From: an uncultured Muribaculaceae bacterium
Lineage (GTDB): Bacteria > Bacillota_I > Bacilli_A > RF39 > UBA660
DNA length: 64,000 bases
Reading direction: 5' to 3'
Assembly: GCA_964530845.1 (NCBI GenBank)
Contig: CAZHBS010000003.1
Coordinates: 6,280 to 70,279, forward strand
The notes below the pieces were generated by a model. The model had not been told where the DNA came from. It ran no database searches and saw nothing but the letters and a program-made list of their open reading frames with translations. A program made the translations under genes and the position numbers. Every line of letters begins with the position of its first letter. Position 1 is the stretch's first letter. Positions 19,531-28,188 of this stretch are shown here, one piece after another.

Positions 19531-19942
19531 TTTTCCTTATAAAGATATTCTGTATTTAGATCATCCAACAAGTAAAAATCATCCAAGACAGCCATCTATA
19601 AATAGAGCAGGGCAATTCTCTCCATTCGCAGCTCTAACAGGATATGAAGATGAAATAAAAGAGGCAGCAAGATTAACAAAAGAACAAATATTTTTAGATG
19701 AAGAAGCAAAACAAAAACTAGATGAGAAAATGGCCATTGTAATATCAAAATTAGAAGAGATAGAAATAGAAGTAGAATACTTTATAAAAGACAATAAAAA
19801 AACAGGTGGATCATATAACCTAAAACAAGGAAAAGTAAAAAGAGTAGATAATTATAATAAAAAACTTATTTTTACTGATAAAGAGAAAATAAATATAGAA
19901 GATATTGTAAATATAAAAATACTTAATGAGCAAGAAATCTAA
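19493..19942 (+). CDS. YolD-like protein (accessory partner of Y-family polymerases)
   Basis: Motif RAGQFSPFAALTGYEDEI. TTG start 8 nt after GGAGG, overlapping the polymerase gene by 38 nt. Confidence 0.7.
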   Translation: MKEMNKLEDIADSFPYKDILYLDHPTSKNHPRQPSINRAGQFSPFAALTGYEDEIKEAARLTKEQIFLDEEAKQKLDEKMAIVISKLEEIEIEVEYFIKDNKKTGGSYNLKQGKVKRVDNYNKKLIFTDKEKINIEDIVNIKILNEQEI

Positions 19943-19971
19943 TAATTTGATATAATAATAATGGTGATATT

Positions 19972-20874
19972 ATGAATTCTAATCTAGTAATATTAAGAGA
20001 AAAACCATTTATTGATGATATAAGTAATAAGTATGGTTATGATTCAAATATAAGACATATGTTATATGTAATAATTCCAGCATTCATAATAAAATATGGT
20101 GTAAATAAAGAGAAAATGATTCTAAATGCTTTTAGAGATATCAGAATAGTCGTAAGCAATGAAAAAAGTAAATATGTTAAAGCCTTCTATTCATCAAGGC
20201 CTAAAAGAATAAATGGAGAATATAAAACAGAAAAATATATGGTATTACAAAACTATCAAGAAACAGATATGGTAGGATTACTAGATAACTTAGTTCATGA
20301 ATTTAATCATGCAATAAATTCATATTTATCAGAAATAAGAGAAACAAAAAATTATTTATATCTAAGAACAGGACTAACTTATCGAATATATAAAAAAGAA
20401 GATTTATCATTCGTTAAAAAAGATAAATCATATATGTTAGAAGAAATAATTAATACAAAACAAACAGAAGAAATAATAAATATTATCAAGTCATTTGATG
20501 CAAGTAATGAATTAGTTGGAAATACGATATATGCAATAAATAGTCAAACTAATCATAAATATAATTCTAATTCATATTATATGGAAGGATACATTTGCAA
20601 ACAAATATTAGAAAATAGAACATTTATAAATACATTAGCTGTACTAAGATTAAATGGTGAAGTATTTAACGTAGGAAAATGGTTTGATGAAATAACTGGT
20701 GAAGAAAACTCATATAATGAATTAACCAGTTTATTAGAAAAAATCTATAACCAAGAATTAAAATATGCAGAAACTAAATGGTTTAAATCAGTTATTCTTG
20801 GTAATATAAGAGATACATCAAAAAGCATTATGCGAATAGTAGATAAATTTAATAATAATGTAAATTATAGATAG
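19972..20874 (+). CDS. Hypothetical protein with an HExxH motif (possible metallopeptidase)
   Basis: HEFNH is the only recognisable motif. No signal peptide. Confidence 0.55.
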   Translation: MNSNLVILREKPFIDDISNKYGYDSNIRHMLYVIIPAFIIKYGVNKEKMILNAFRDIRIVVSNEKSKYVKAFYSSRPKRINGEYKTEKYMVLQNYQETDMVGLLDNLVHEFNHAINSYLSEIRETKNYLYLRTGLTYRIYKKEDLSFVKKDKSYMLEEIINTKQTEEIINIIKSFDASNELVGNTIYAINSQTNHKYNSNSYYMEGYICKQILENRTFINTLAVLRLNGEVFNVGKWFDEITGEENSYNELTSLLEKIYNQELKYAETKWFKSVILGNIRDTSKSIMRIVDKFNNNVNYR

Positions 20875-20883
20875 GGGGTTATT

Positions 20884-22224
20884 ATGGATAAATTTATAGA
20901 ATTTAGAGAAAAATATAAAAACTTTATTTATAAAAAATTTAGTTATGAAATAAAAGATAAATTAGAAATAAAATATTACTTTGAAATTCCAGGATTAATA
21001 GAGTTTACTCCTGAAATAAAGATTCCAAAAGAAGTGATTAAAAATGAACTAGATAAGAATTATTTAGAATATTTAATAGGACAAATAGGCTTAATAGAAC
21101 TAATAAGTTATGTAAAAGCAACATGTTCTAAAAATATTTATATAGATGCAATGTACATTGGTGAAGAAGAAATAAAGTTCTTAAAGAAAATTTATTATAA
21201 TGGTTTAGGAGAACTACTATATACAAATGGAATAAGCGTTAATGAAGATGAATTATTTAATATTATTTGTAGATGTAATAAAAAAGAATTACCTAAAATA
21301 GAATATCAAGGAGAAGGTAATTTAATCTGTGTTGGAGGAGGCAAAGACTCTTGCGTTTCTCTTGAAATATTGAAAAATGAATCAAATAATACTTGCTTAC
21401 TAATTAATCCTAAAGGACCCCAAATAGAATGTGCCAAGATAGCAGGCTATGATAAGGATAGTATAGTTACTGTAGAAAGAGTATTAGATAGAAAAATAGT
21501 TGAATTAAATAATCAAGGATTTTTAAATGGACATACACCATTATCTGCTTTAATTGCCCAAATATCATATTTATGTGCTTATCTTCAAAAAAAGAAAAAT
21601 ATAATCTTATCAAATGAAGCAAGTGCAAATGAATCAACAGTAATAGGAACAAGTGTAAATCATCAATACTCAAAAACATATGAATTCGAGTTAGATTTTA
21701 ATAGATATATGAATAATAGTTTAGGACTAGATATAAAATATTTCTCATTGTTAAGAGGATTATCAGAATACAATATCGCCAAGATATTCTCTCATTATAA
21801 GAAATATCATAATGCATTTAAAAGTTGTAATTTAGGAAGTAAGGAACACACTTGGAAGTGGTGCTGTAACTGCCCAAAATGCATATTTATATATATAATC
21901 CTATCTCCATTTACAACAAAAGAAGAAAGAATCAACATATTTGGAGAAGATTTATATGAGAGAAAAGATTTAGAAGAAACTTTTAAAAGTATATTAGGTT
22001 ATACAGAAAATAAACCATTTGAATGTGTTGGAACCTATGAAGAAGCAAGACTTGCAGTAAGTAAAACAATAGAAAAAGGCGAGACAGGATATTTACTAGA
22101 TTTTATGAAAAAAAATTATCCAATAGAATCAGAAAGTAAAAATATCGAAAAATATAATGAAGAAAATAATTTAAGCGAATATTATAATAACTTAGTAAAG
22201 AAGGAACTTGGTAAATATGTATAA
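20884..22224 (+). CDS. PP-loop-like ATP pyrophosphatase-fold protein and candidate MurL-type epimerase
   Basis: CVGGGKDSCVS resembles the SGGxDS PP-loop. A C-terminal Cys cluster KWCCNCPKC is present. Its stop overlaps the murD-like start. Confidence 0.55.
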   Translation: MDKFIEFREKYKNFIYKKFSYEIKDKLEIKYYFEIPGLIEFTPEIKIPKEVIKNELDKNYLEYLIGQIGLIELISYVKATCSKNIYIDAMYIGEEEIKFLKKIYYNGLGELLYTNGISVNEDELFNIICRCNKKELPKIEYQGEGNLICVGGGKDSCVSLEILKNESNNTCLLINPKGPQIECAKIAGYDKDSIVTVERVLDRKIVELNNQGFLNGHTPLSALIAQISYLCAYLQKKKNIILSNEASANESTVIGTSVNHQYSKTYEFELDFNRYMNNSLGLDIKYFSLLRGLSEYNIAKIFSHYKKYHNAFKSCNLGSKEHTWKWCCNCPKCIFIYIILSPFTTKEERINIFGEDLYERKDLEETFKSILGYTENKPFECVGTYEEARLAVSKTIEKGETGYLLDFMKKNYPIESESKNIEKYNEENNLSEYYNNLVKKELGKYV

Positions 22225-23560
22225 AGAAATAATAGAAAAACTAAAAGGTAAAAATATTGCAATATTAGGATTTGGAAGAGAAGGTAAGTCTACTTATAAA
22301 TTTATAAGAAAATATTTAAAAGATATTCATCTAACTATAATAGATAAGAAAGATTTTGAATTAAAAGATACTAATATAACAAAAGTTGTCGGAGAAAATT
22401 ATCTTGATAATCTAGGAAAATATGATGTTATAATAAAATCTCCTGGAATAAGTCTAAATAAAATAGATACTAGTAGTTTTATTGATAAAATAACATCTCA
22501 ATTAGAATTATTATTAGAAGTAGATAGAAAAAATATCATTGGTATAACAGGAACAAAGGGAAAATCAACAACATCAACTCTTACGTATGAAGTATTAAAA
22601 AAACAATATGATGATGTCTATCTTCTAGGAAATATTGGAACACCAGTATTAGATAACGTAAGTAAATATACAGATGAGACTAAACTTGTAATAGAGATGA
22701 GTTCACATCAATTAGAATATGTAAAAACAAGTCCTCATATTGCCATAGTCTTAAATTTGTACCAAGATCACCTAGACCATGCTGGAACATTAGAACATTA
22801 TCATCAAAATAAAATGAATATCTTTAAATATCAAGATGAAAACGACTATGCCATATATTTAGATGATAATGAGTATTTACATAAATTAGTATCAGAAAAT
22901 GACTATAAAGCTATAAAATACACAGTAAGATTTGATAATAAAAATCTAAGTGGAAATACTACTAGAATAAAAGGTAAAGATGTTTATATAAATAATGAAA
23001 TGGTCTATGTTGATGATTCAAGAAAAATACTTGGAGATCACAACTTAAAAAATATAATGTTTGTTTTAACAATTTGCAAAATAATGAACCTAGACTTTTT
23101 AAAAGCTCATCGAGTAATAAAAGAATTCACTGGTCTAAAATATCGTATGGAATATCTTGGAAAATATCATGAAATTAATTTTTATAATGATACTATCGCA
23201 ACTATACCAGAGGCAACTATAAATGCTGTTAATGCAATTGGAAATGTAGATACACTTATATTTGGTGGACTAGATAGAGAAATAGATTACAAAGATTTTA
23301 TTCAGTTTTTACTTAAATCAAAAATAAGAAATTTAATAGGAATGCCTACAACTGGAACAAACATTTTAAAAGAAATAGAAAACAAGACAGATAAAAACAT
23401 TTTTTATGCTAACACATTAGAAGAGGCTCATAAAATTGCCATAGAAAATACAAAGAAAAATAAAAGTTGTTTACTATCTCCTGCCGCAGCAAGCTACGAA
23501 TTTTTCAAAAATTTTGAAGAAAAGGGCGCTGCATTTGAAAAAATCGTTAAAAATAATTAG
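22217..23560 (+). CDS. murD: UDP-N-acetylmuramoyl-L-alanine--glutamate ligase (MurD family, atypical N-terminus)
   Basis: Mur ligase P-loop GITGTKGKSTT. N-terminal Rossmann motif ILGFGREGKS. The ATG at 22217 has an AGAAGGAA RBS, and ATGTATAA overlaps the upstream stop. Confidence 0.88.
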   Translation: MYKEIIEKLKGKNIAILGFGREGKSTYKFIRKYLKDIHLTIIDKKDFELKDTNITKVVGENYLDNLGKYDVIIKSPGISLNKIDTSSFIDKITSQLELLLEVDRKNIIGITGTKGKSTTSTLTYEVLKKQYDDVYLLGNIGTPVLDNVSKYTDETKLVIEMSSHQLEYVKTSPHIAIVLNLYQDHLDHAGTLEHYHQNKMNIFKYQDENDYAIYLDDNEYLHKLVSENDYKAIKYTVRFDNKNLSGNTTRIKGKDVYINNEMVYVDDSRKILGDHNLKNIMFVLTICKIMNLDFLKAHRVIKEFTGLKYRMEYLGKYHEINFYNDTIATIPEATINAVNAIGNVDTLIFGGLDREIDYKDFIQFLLKSKIRNLIGMPTTGTNILKEIENKTDKNIFYANTLEEAHKIAIENTKKNKSCLLSPAAASYEFFKNFEEKGAAFEKIVKNN

Positions 23561-23587
23561 AATTAGTTTACTAATTCTTTTTTTTTA
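23560..23587 (+). terminator. Rho-independent terminator
   Basis: Stem gaattagt / actaattc followed by a T10 run. Confidence 0.65.
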
Positions 23588-23618
23588 TTTATAATATAGA
23601 GCCATGGGGGGATTTGCA

Positions 23619-25361
23619 ATGGCAAAGAAATATGTTGCTGCAATAATGAATAGATTAACCTTAGAAGATGGAAACTTTATATATTATATAAGTCATCCAG
23701 CAATAGGTGAAATAGATGAAAAAACAAAGATTTTCAGAGATAAAAATGGAAGAGAATATTTAAGTATGCTTGATTCATCTCTTCAAATGTCTGAAATACC
23801 TACGGCATATTACTATCCAATCGCATTAGATGAAATAAAAAATCAAATGAAATCTGGTTCAGTCCAAGAAGCAATCTCAGATTATGATTACTCCTTTATA
23901 AATAATATATATTATGTTTCTTCAACAGAAGATTCAGGAGTATTTTGTGTACCAATAAATCTAGGAGAAATGAAAGATAAAATTGCCAAATGCATGGAAG
24001 CATATAATAATAGGAAAGACAATAATAATAAACCAAGTTCAGCTCCAAAAGTAACACCACAAGTAGGAGAATCACAAGACGAATTTGACAATGAAGAAGA
24101 GTCATTTGGAGACAAACTTCTGTCATCTAAAGAAGTAAGAACTGATATTGCCGCTCTATTAATGAATATGATAGATGGAGTATACTCATTAGAAGAATTA
24201 AAAGAAATAAGAACTGCTGTTAAAATGCAACTAGAAGATATTGAAAGTTTAGCTGACTCTATTGACTTACAAATCGAAGCAAGTGAAAATGGAGAGTCAT
24301 CAACAAAATTAAAAGGTGAAAGCGCATCAACTCCAGTAAAAAGGGAAACAATAATAGAAAGAAAACCAACAGTAAAGATAAAAAATCATTTAGATTTAGA
24401 AGATCTATTTAAGAAAGTAACCGCAACACTAATTGCACAAGATGAACCAACAAGAAGAGTCTTAACAGAAATTGCTAGAAAAGAACAAAGTAGTGAAAGT
24501 AAACAAAGAGGATTACTTATCACAGGACAATCTGGTTCAGGAAAAACAAAAATGATGCAGTTAATTGCTAAATATATTGATAGACCATTTTATAAAGTTG
24601 ATTCAACACAATTGACTGTTCCAGGATATGTAGGAAAAGACATTGAAGAGGTATTATGGGATTTATATGTTGCATGTGGTAAAGATAAAGATAAAGCAGA
24701 ACATGCAATAATCTATTTTGATGAAATTGACAAAAAAGGATCAAGTAAAAAAGATGATGTTTCTGGAAAAGGAGTACTAAATGTCTTACTACCATTTATA
24801 GAAGGTTCAGAATATGATGCTACTCCAGATACTAAGCTAAAAGGTGAAACAGTAAAAATTAATACTGGAAATATGATTGTCATCTTAGGTGGAGCCTATA
24901 CTGATGTATATAAAAATTTAAAAGTAAAAACTGAAATAGGCTTTGGAAGTCAAATAGGTGGTAATGCAACACGTGAGGCAACAACAGACGATTTCGTTGA
25001 AAAAGCCAAGATGCCAGATGAATTCATGGGAAGAGTTTCAGTAATCAAACTAAACGATTTAGACCTAGAAGCAATAAAAAAGATTTTAACAGATTCAGAT
25101 GAGTCTGCAATAAAGATTCAAAAAAGATTATTTGAAGAACTAGGAGTAAAATTAACATTTGGTGATGACTATATTGAAGCAATTGCTAAAAAAGCTGAAA
25201 AGAGAAAAACAGGAGCAAGAGGCCTAAATACAGTAGTTGATGAGACAACATGGGAAGCCTATGGTGATGCCTATAGTCATTTAGGAGAGTATGAAGAAAT
25301 AATTCTTGGAGAAGAAACAGTAGAAGATCCAAAACAATATAAAAAGGTATATAGAAGTTAA
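23619..25361 (+). CDS. ClpX-like AAA+ unfoldase paralog with a novel N-terminal domain (no zinc-binding domain)
   Basis: Walker A GQSGSGKT, pore loop PGYVGKD, Walker B IIYFDEIDK, IGF loop TEIGFGS, and C-terminal KTGARGLN. The GGGGGA RBS favours the ATG at 23619; the ORF track starts at 23604. Confidence 0.8.
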   Translation: MAKKYVAAIMNRLTLEDGNFIYYISHPAIGEIDEKTKIFRDKNGREYLSMLDSSLQMSEIPTAYYYPIALDEIKNQMKSGSVQEAISDYDYSFINNIYYVSSTEDSGVFCVPINLGEMKDKIAKCMEAYNNRKDNNNKPSSAPKVTPQVGESQDEFDNEEESFGDKLLSSKEVRTDIAALLMNMIDGVYSLEELKEIRTAVKMQLEDIESLADSIDLQIEASENGESSTKLKGESASTPVKRETIIERKPTVKIKNHLDLEDLFKKVTATLIAQDEPTRRVLTEIARKEQSSESKQRGLLITGQSGSGKTKMMQLIAKYIDRPFYKVDSTQLTVPGYVGKDIEEVLWDLYVACGKDKDKAEHAIIYFDEIDKKGSSKKDDVSGKGVLNVLLPFIEGSEYDATPDTKLKGETVKINTGNMIVILGGAYTDVYKNLKVKTEIGFGSQIGGNATREATTDDFVEKAKMPDEFMGRVSVIKLNDLDLEAIKKILTDSDESAIKIQKRLFEELGVKLTFGDDYIEAIAKKAEKRKTGARGLNTVVDETTWEAYGDAYSHLGEYEEIILGEETVEDPKQYKKVYRS

Positions 25362-25447
25362 CCATTCTATATACTTTTTTTATAAAAAAATAAAAAATTG
25401 TTGCATTTTAATCTAGATTTTGTTATTATTAATTTGCACACGTAAAT

Positions 25448-25524
25448 GGCGCTGTAGCTCAGTTGGCTAGAGCAATCGGTTCATACCCGATAGGTCGTGA
25501 GTTCGAATCTCTCCGGCGCTACCA
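25448..25524 (+). tRNA. tRNA-Met (CAT), elongator type
   Basis: Cloverleaf drawn by hand: acceptor GGCGCTG/CGGCGCT, anticodon arm ATCGG-TTCATAC-CCGAT, T loop TTCGAAT, encoded CCA. It closely resembles the B. subtilis elongator tRNA-Met as I recall it. Confidence 0.9.
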
Positions 25525-25534
25525 AATTGAATGC

Positions 25535-25562
25535 AAACACACTTAGTAAAGTGTGTTTTTAT
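25535..25562 (+). terminator. Rho-independent terminator after the tRNA
   Basis: Stem aaacacactt / aagtgtgttt followed by a T-run. Confidence 0.65.
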
Positions 25563-25601
25563 TTATTAATAAATAAAACTAACTATTTCTAGTTAGTTTT
25601 T

Positions 25602-26138
25602 TTATCGAGCTAATACTTTAGAAGATACCTTACTAAATACTTTATTAGGTTCTCCAATAGAAAGCTCATAATCTCTTGTACCAATGATATGTTCTTGCCT
25701 TAATGAAATTTGATCTGCATTAAATGATCCAGTTGTCTTTAATTTAAAATACTTATCTTGTTTTAAAGCAACTCCACCATCATGAAGAACTTTAAGTCTT
25801 GTAGAATAAAGCTTTGCCTCCTTTAATGCATCGCTATCAGTATATATATTTATTTTAGTAAGAGAAGATGCCAAATCCCTAAGTTTGATATCAGCTTCTG
25901 CTTTATTTAATCTTGAAAGACAAACCTCAGTACTACCAAATATTAAAACACCTTGAAGTGCTGCAAATGGAATATTCAAAGAAGATACATCTCGACCACC
26001 AACAGCTAAAGCTATACCATCTGTCACTCCCATAACACCAATAAAAATTCCCATCTTTGAAGAAAATCTTTTAAGATCAAATCCACTATTAGCTTTAATA
26101 ATTTCATTCATTAAATCATAATTAACGACTAGTTTCAC
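25602..26138 (-). CDS. Hypothetical protein with one hydrophobic glycine-rich segment
   Basis: The ORF is open to 26147, but that GTG lies inside a GAGGTG RBS, so the GTG at 26138 or the ATG at 26111 is a more likely start. No motif recognised. Confidence 0.5.
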   Translation of the reverse strand: MKLVVNYDLMNEIIKANSGFDLKRFSSKMGIFIGVMGVTDGIALAVGGRDVSSLNIPFAALQGVLIFGSTEVCLSRLNKAEADIKLRDLASSLTKINIYTDSDALKEAKLYSTRLKVLHDGGVALKQDKYFKLKTTGSFNADQISLRQEHIIGTRDYELSIGEPNKVFSKVSSKVLAR

Positions 26139-26240
26139 AATAAACACCTCAATCGAGGCTTATTTTATCATTTTTTATGTTATAAATCAATTAACATATA
26201 ATAAAATTTAATATATAATATAAAACAAGTAGGTGATTTA

Positions 26241-26858
26241 ATGCTTAAAAGAATAATATTTGATATAGATGGAACATTAATTACTGGAGTACATTTTAAA
26301 AAATACGTTGCGAATACATTTGAAAGATATGGGATAAATGATCCAGGAAAAGTAAGTGAATTTTTAACTAATATTCCTGAATATGAAAAAAACTATCAAA
26401 GCTATAATAAAAATGACTACCTAAACTTTTTCAGTTCAAGACTTGGTATCAAATTAGATGAAGAATTCTTAAGAATATTTTTTTCAGAACTTAAATATGC
26501 TGTTCCAAAAGATTCATCTTCTATTAAAGAAATGTTAGAAGAATTAAGAGACTACGAATTAGTATTACTATCAAATTATTTTGAAGAGTCTCAAAGAAAT
26601 AGATTGAGTACAATGCAAATTAATGATTTTTTTACAGAGTATTATGGAGAAAAAAATATAAAACCAGTACCTAAAGCATATTTTGATGCTGCTGGAAAAA
26701 GAAGTATCGAAGAATGTATAATAGTTGGTGATGATAAAGTTCTAGACATAGAAGTGCCTAAAAAATTAGGATTTAAAACAATCTATGTAAATAGTGAAAA
26801 AGGGGATATTAAAAGAGTAGAGGACTTACCATATGTATTAAAAAAAACTAGATTTTAA
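26241..26858 (+). CDS. HAD-superfamily hydrolase
   Basis: HAD motif I IIFDIDGTLI and motif IV VGDDKVLDI. Confidence 0.85.
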   Translation: MLKRIIFDIDGTLITGVHFKKYVANTFERYGINDPGKVSEFLTNIPEYEKNYQSYNKNDYLNFFSSRLGIKLDEEFLRIFFSELKYAVPKDSSSIKEMLEELRDYELVLLSNYFEESQRNRLSTMQINDFFTEYYGEKNIKPVPKAYFDAAGKRSIEECIIVGDDKVLDIEVPKKLGFKTIYVNSEKGDIKRVEDLPYVLKKTRF

Positions 26859-26862
26859 TAAT

Positions 26863-27885
26863 CTAGTTTTTCTCTCTATAAGTATATATCATATTATAAA
26901 AGTCATTAATCGCATCAGGACCTTCAATTGAAATGTAATGTGTTCTACCATCAGAAGTATTGAAATACCAAGAAGCAAGATATTTATTAATTGCTGGTTT
27001 AAAACATACAACCTTATAAGTTTCATAATTATTAACAACTTCACGATTTATTCCTGCTTCCATAACTCCTTGAGAAACTAAAGCAGTATAAGTACTATTT
27101 GCCCAGTCTTGAGGATTGGTAACACCACTATCTGCAACACCAGATACGATGTACCATGAACCCTTTTCTAAATCATCAGTATAAACAATTTCATTACCTT
27201 GGACACCAGCTTCAACTTTCTTCCAAGAATTAGGAACTCTTATATAACCATTTACTTCATTACCAATTGAAATTGAATTCTTCTCTGTAAATGTTGAGGC
27301 AGGATTATATTGACTATCGTCATCACCCGCAAGGAAAATCAATAAAAATAATGTAAGAGATAAAACTAAAAGAATAACTCCAACAATTCCGCAAATTGTC
27401 ATAATAACCTTATGATTATCCTTTTTCTTCTTCTTTTTAATAACCGTAACTCCACTAACAGGCTGACTAGTACCATCATACTGAGGGTTCCTTACTTCAA
27501 AATTAGGATTTGGAGCAGGATTTGCTGAAGGAGTAATCTCCTTACTTTCATTTGTAACATTGTTTTGAACAGGCTTTATTTCACTAGCCTGAGCATTATT
27601 GTTTTGAACAGGTTTTATTTCACTTGCCTGAACATTATTATTTTGAGCAGACTGCTGAGTACTTACTTGTGAAGCCACTTCTTCCTCTGTTGTGACTGAA
27701 TGCTCTTTCTCTGGAGTATCAAACCCAACACCATTATCTTTCTCATCACCAATATGTCCTAAATCTAACTCAACTACCTTTTCATCATTATTTTCTACCG
27801 CATCAAAAGACTGATTACCACATTTTGAACAAAATACTGCATCATCATCAGCCAAAGCTGAACACTTACTACATTTCTTTGCCAT
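26863..27885 (-). CDS. Zinc-ribbon membrane protein with an extracellular C-terminal domain
   Basis: N-terminal CSKC...CSKCG ribbon, a repeat-containing linker, KKKKKK followed by TM IMTICGIVGVILLVLSLTLFLLIFL. Confidence 0.75.
   Translation of the reverse strand: MAKKCSKCSALADDDAVFCSKCGNQSFDAVENNDEKVVELDLGHIGDEKDNGVGFDTPEKEHSVTTEEEVASQVSTQQSAQNNNVQASEIKPVQNNNAQASEIKPVQNNVTNESKEITPSANPAPNPNFEVRNPQYDGTSQPVSGVTVIKKKKKKDNHKVIMTICGIVGVILLVLSLTLFLLIFLAGDDDSQYNPASTFTEKNSISIGNEVNGYIRVPNSWKKVEAGVQGNEIVYTDDLEKGSWYIVSGVADSGVTNPQDWANSTYTALVSQGVMEAGINREVVNNYETYKVVCFKPAINKYLASWYFNTSDGRTHYISIEGPDAINDFYNMIYTYREKN
27556..27645 (-). repeat. 39-bp in-frame tandem repeat, about 2.3 copies (QNNN[V/A]QASEIKPV)
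   Basis: Near-identical units are visible in both the DNA and the protein (residues 81-110). Confidence 0.75.
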
Positions 27886-28021
27886 AATATACCACTTCCT
27901 AGTTTAATTCTAGCATTATATATTTAATCAATCAAACATTTTTATTTTAAAATAAAAAACTTTATGTAAATAATATTGTAAGTTTAAAAAAAATAATGTA
28001 AAATTAATATGTAAAAAACAT

Positions 28022-28096
28022 TGCCCTATAGCCAAGTGGTAAGGCAGTGCGCTCTGACCGCACGACGCGTTAGTTCGAATCTAACTAGGGCAGCCA
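28022..28096 (+). tRNA. tRNA-Gln (CTG)
   Basis: Acceptor TGCCCTA/TAGGGCA with U1-A72, anticodon arm GTGCG-CTCTGAC-CGCAC, T arm GTTAG-TTCGAAT-CTAAC, encoded CCA. Confidence 0.9.
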
Positions 28097-28188
28097 TTAT
28101 AAATATGTAAAGAGGAAACTCTTTTTTTGTTTATTTTTTTTAAGTTTTGGTGTATTATTAAAGTGTATATTTAAGAAGAGGTGTATTT

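Noticed and set aside
25448-25524. Whether the CAT-anticodon tRNA is an initiator tRNA-fMet or a lysidine-modified tRNA-Ile2.
   Set aside because: Position 1-72 is paired (G-U) rather than the C-A mismatch of initiators, and the anticodon stem lacks the three consecutive G-C pairs. The sequence resembles Bacillus elongator tRNA-Met much more than tRNA-Ile2. tRNA-Ile2 cannot be fully excluded without a classifier.
25525-28021. The tRNA-Met to tRNA-Gln bounded segment (three genes) considered as a possible genomic island or integrated element.
   Set aside because: There is no integrase, recombinase or transposase, and I could see no direct repeat of either tRNA 3' end. The genes are an ordinary HAD hydrolase and two membrane or unknown proteins, each with its own terminator.
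28097-28188. T-box leader upstream of the GluRS gene.
   Set aside because: Only 92 nt are available, containing a single short hairpin. This is far too short for a T-box, and no specifier or T-box sequence is seen.
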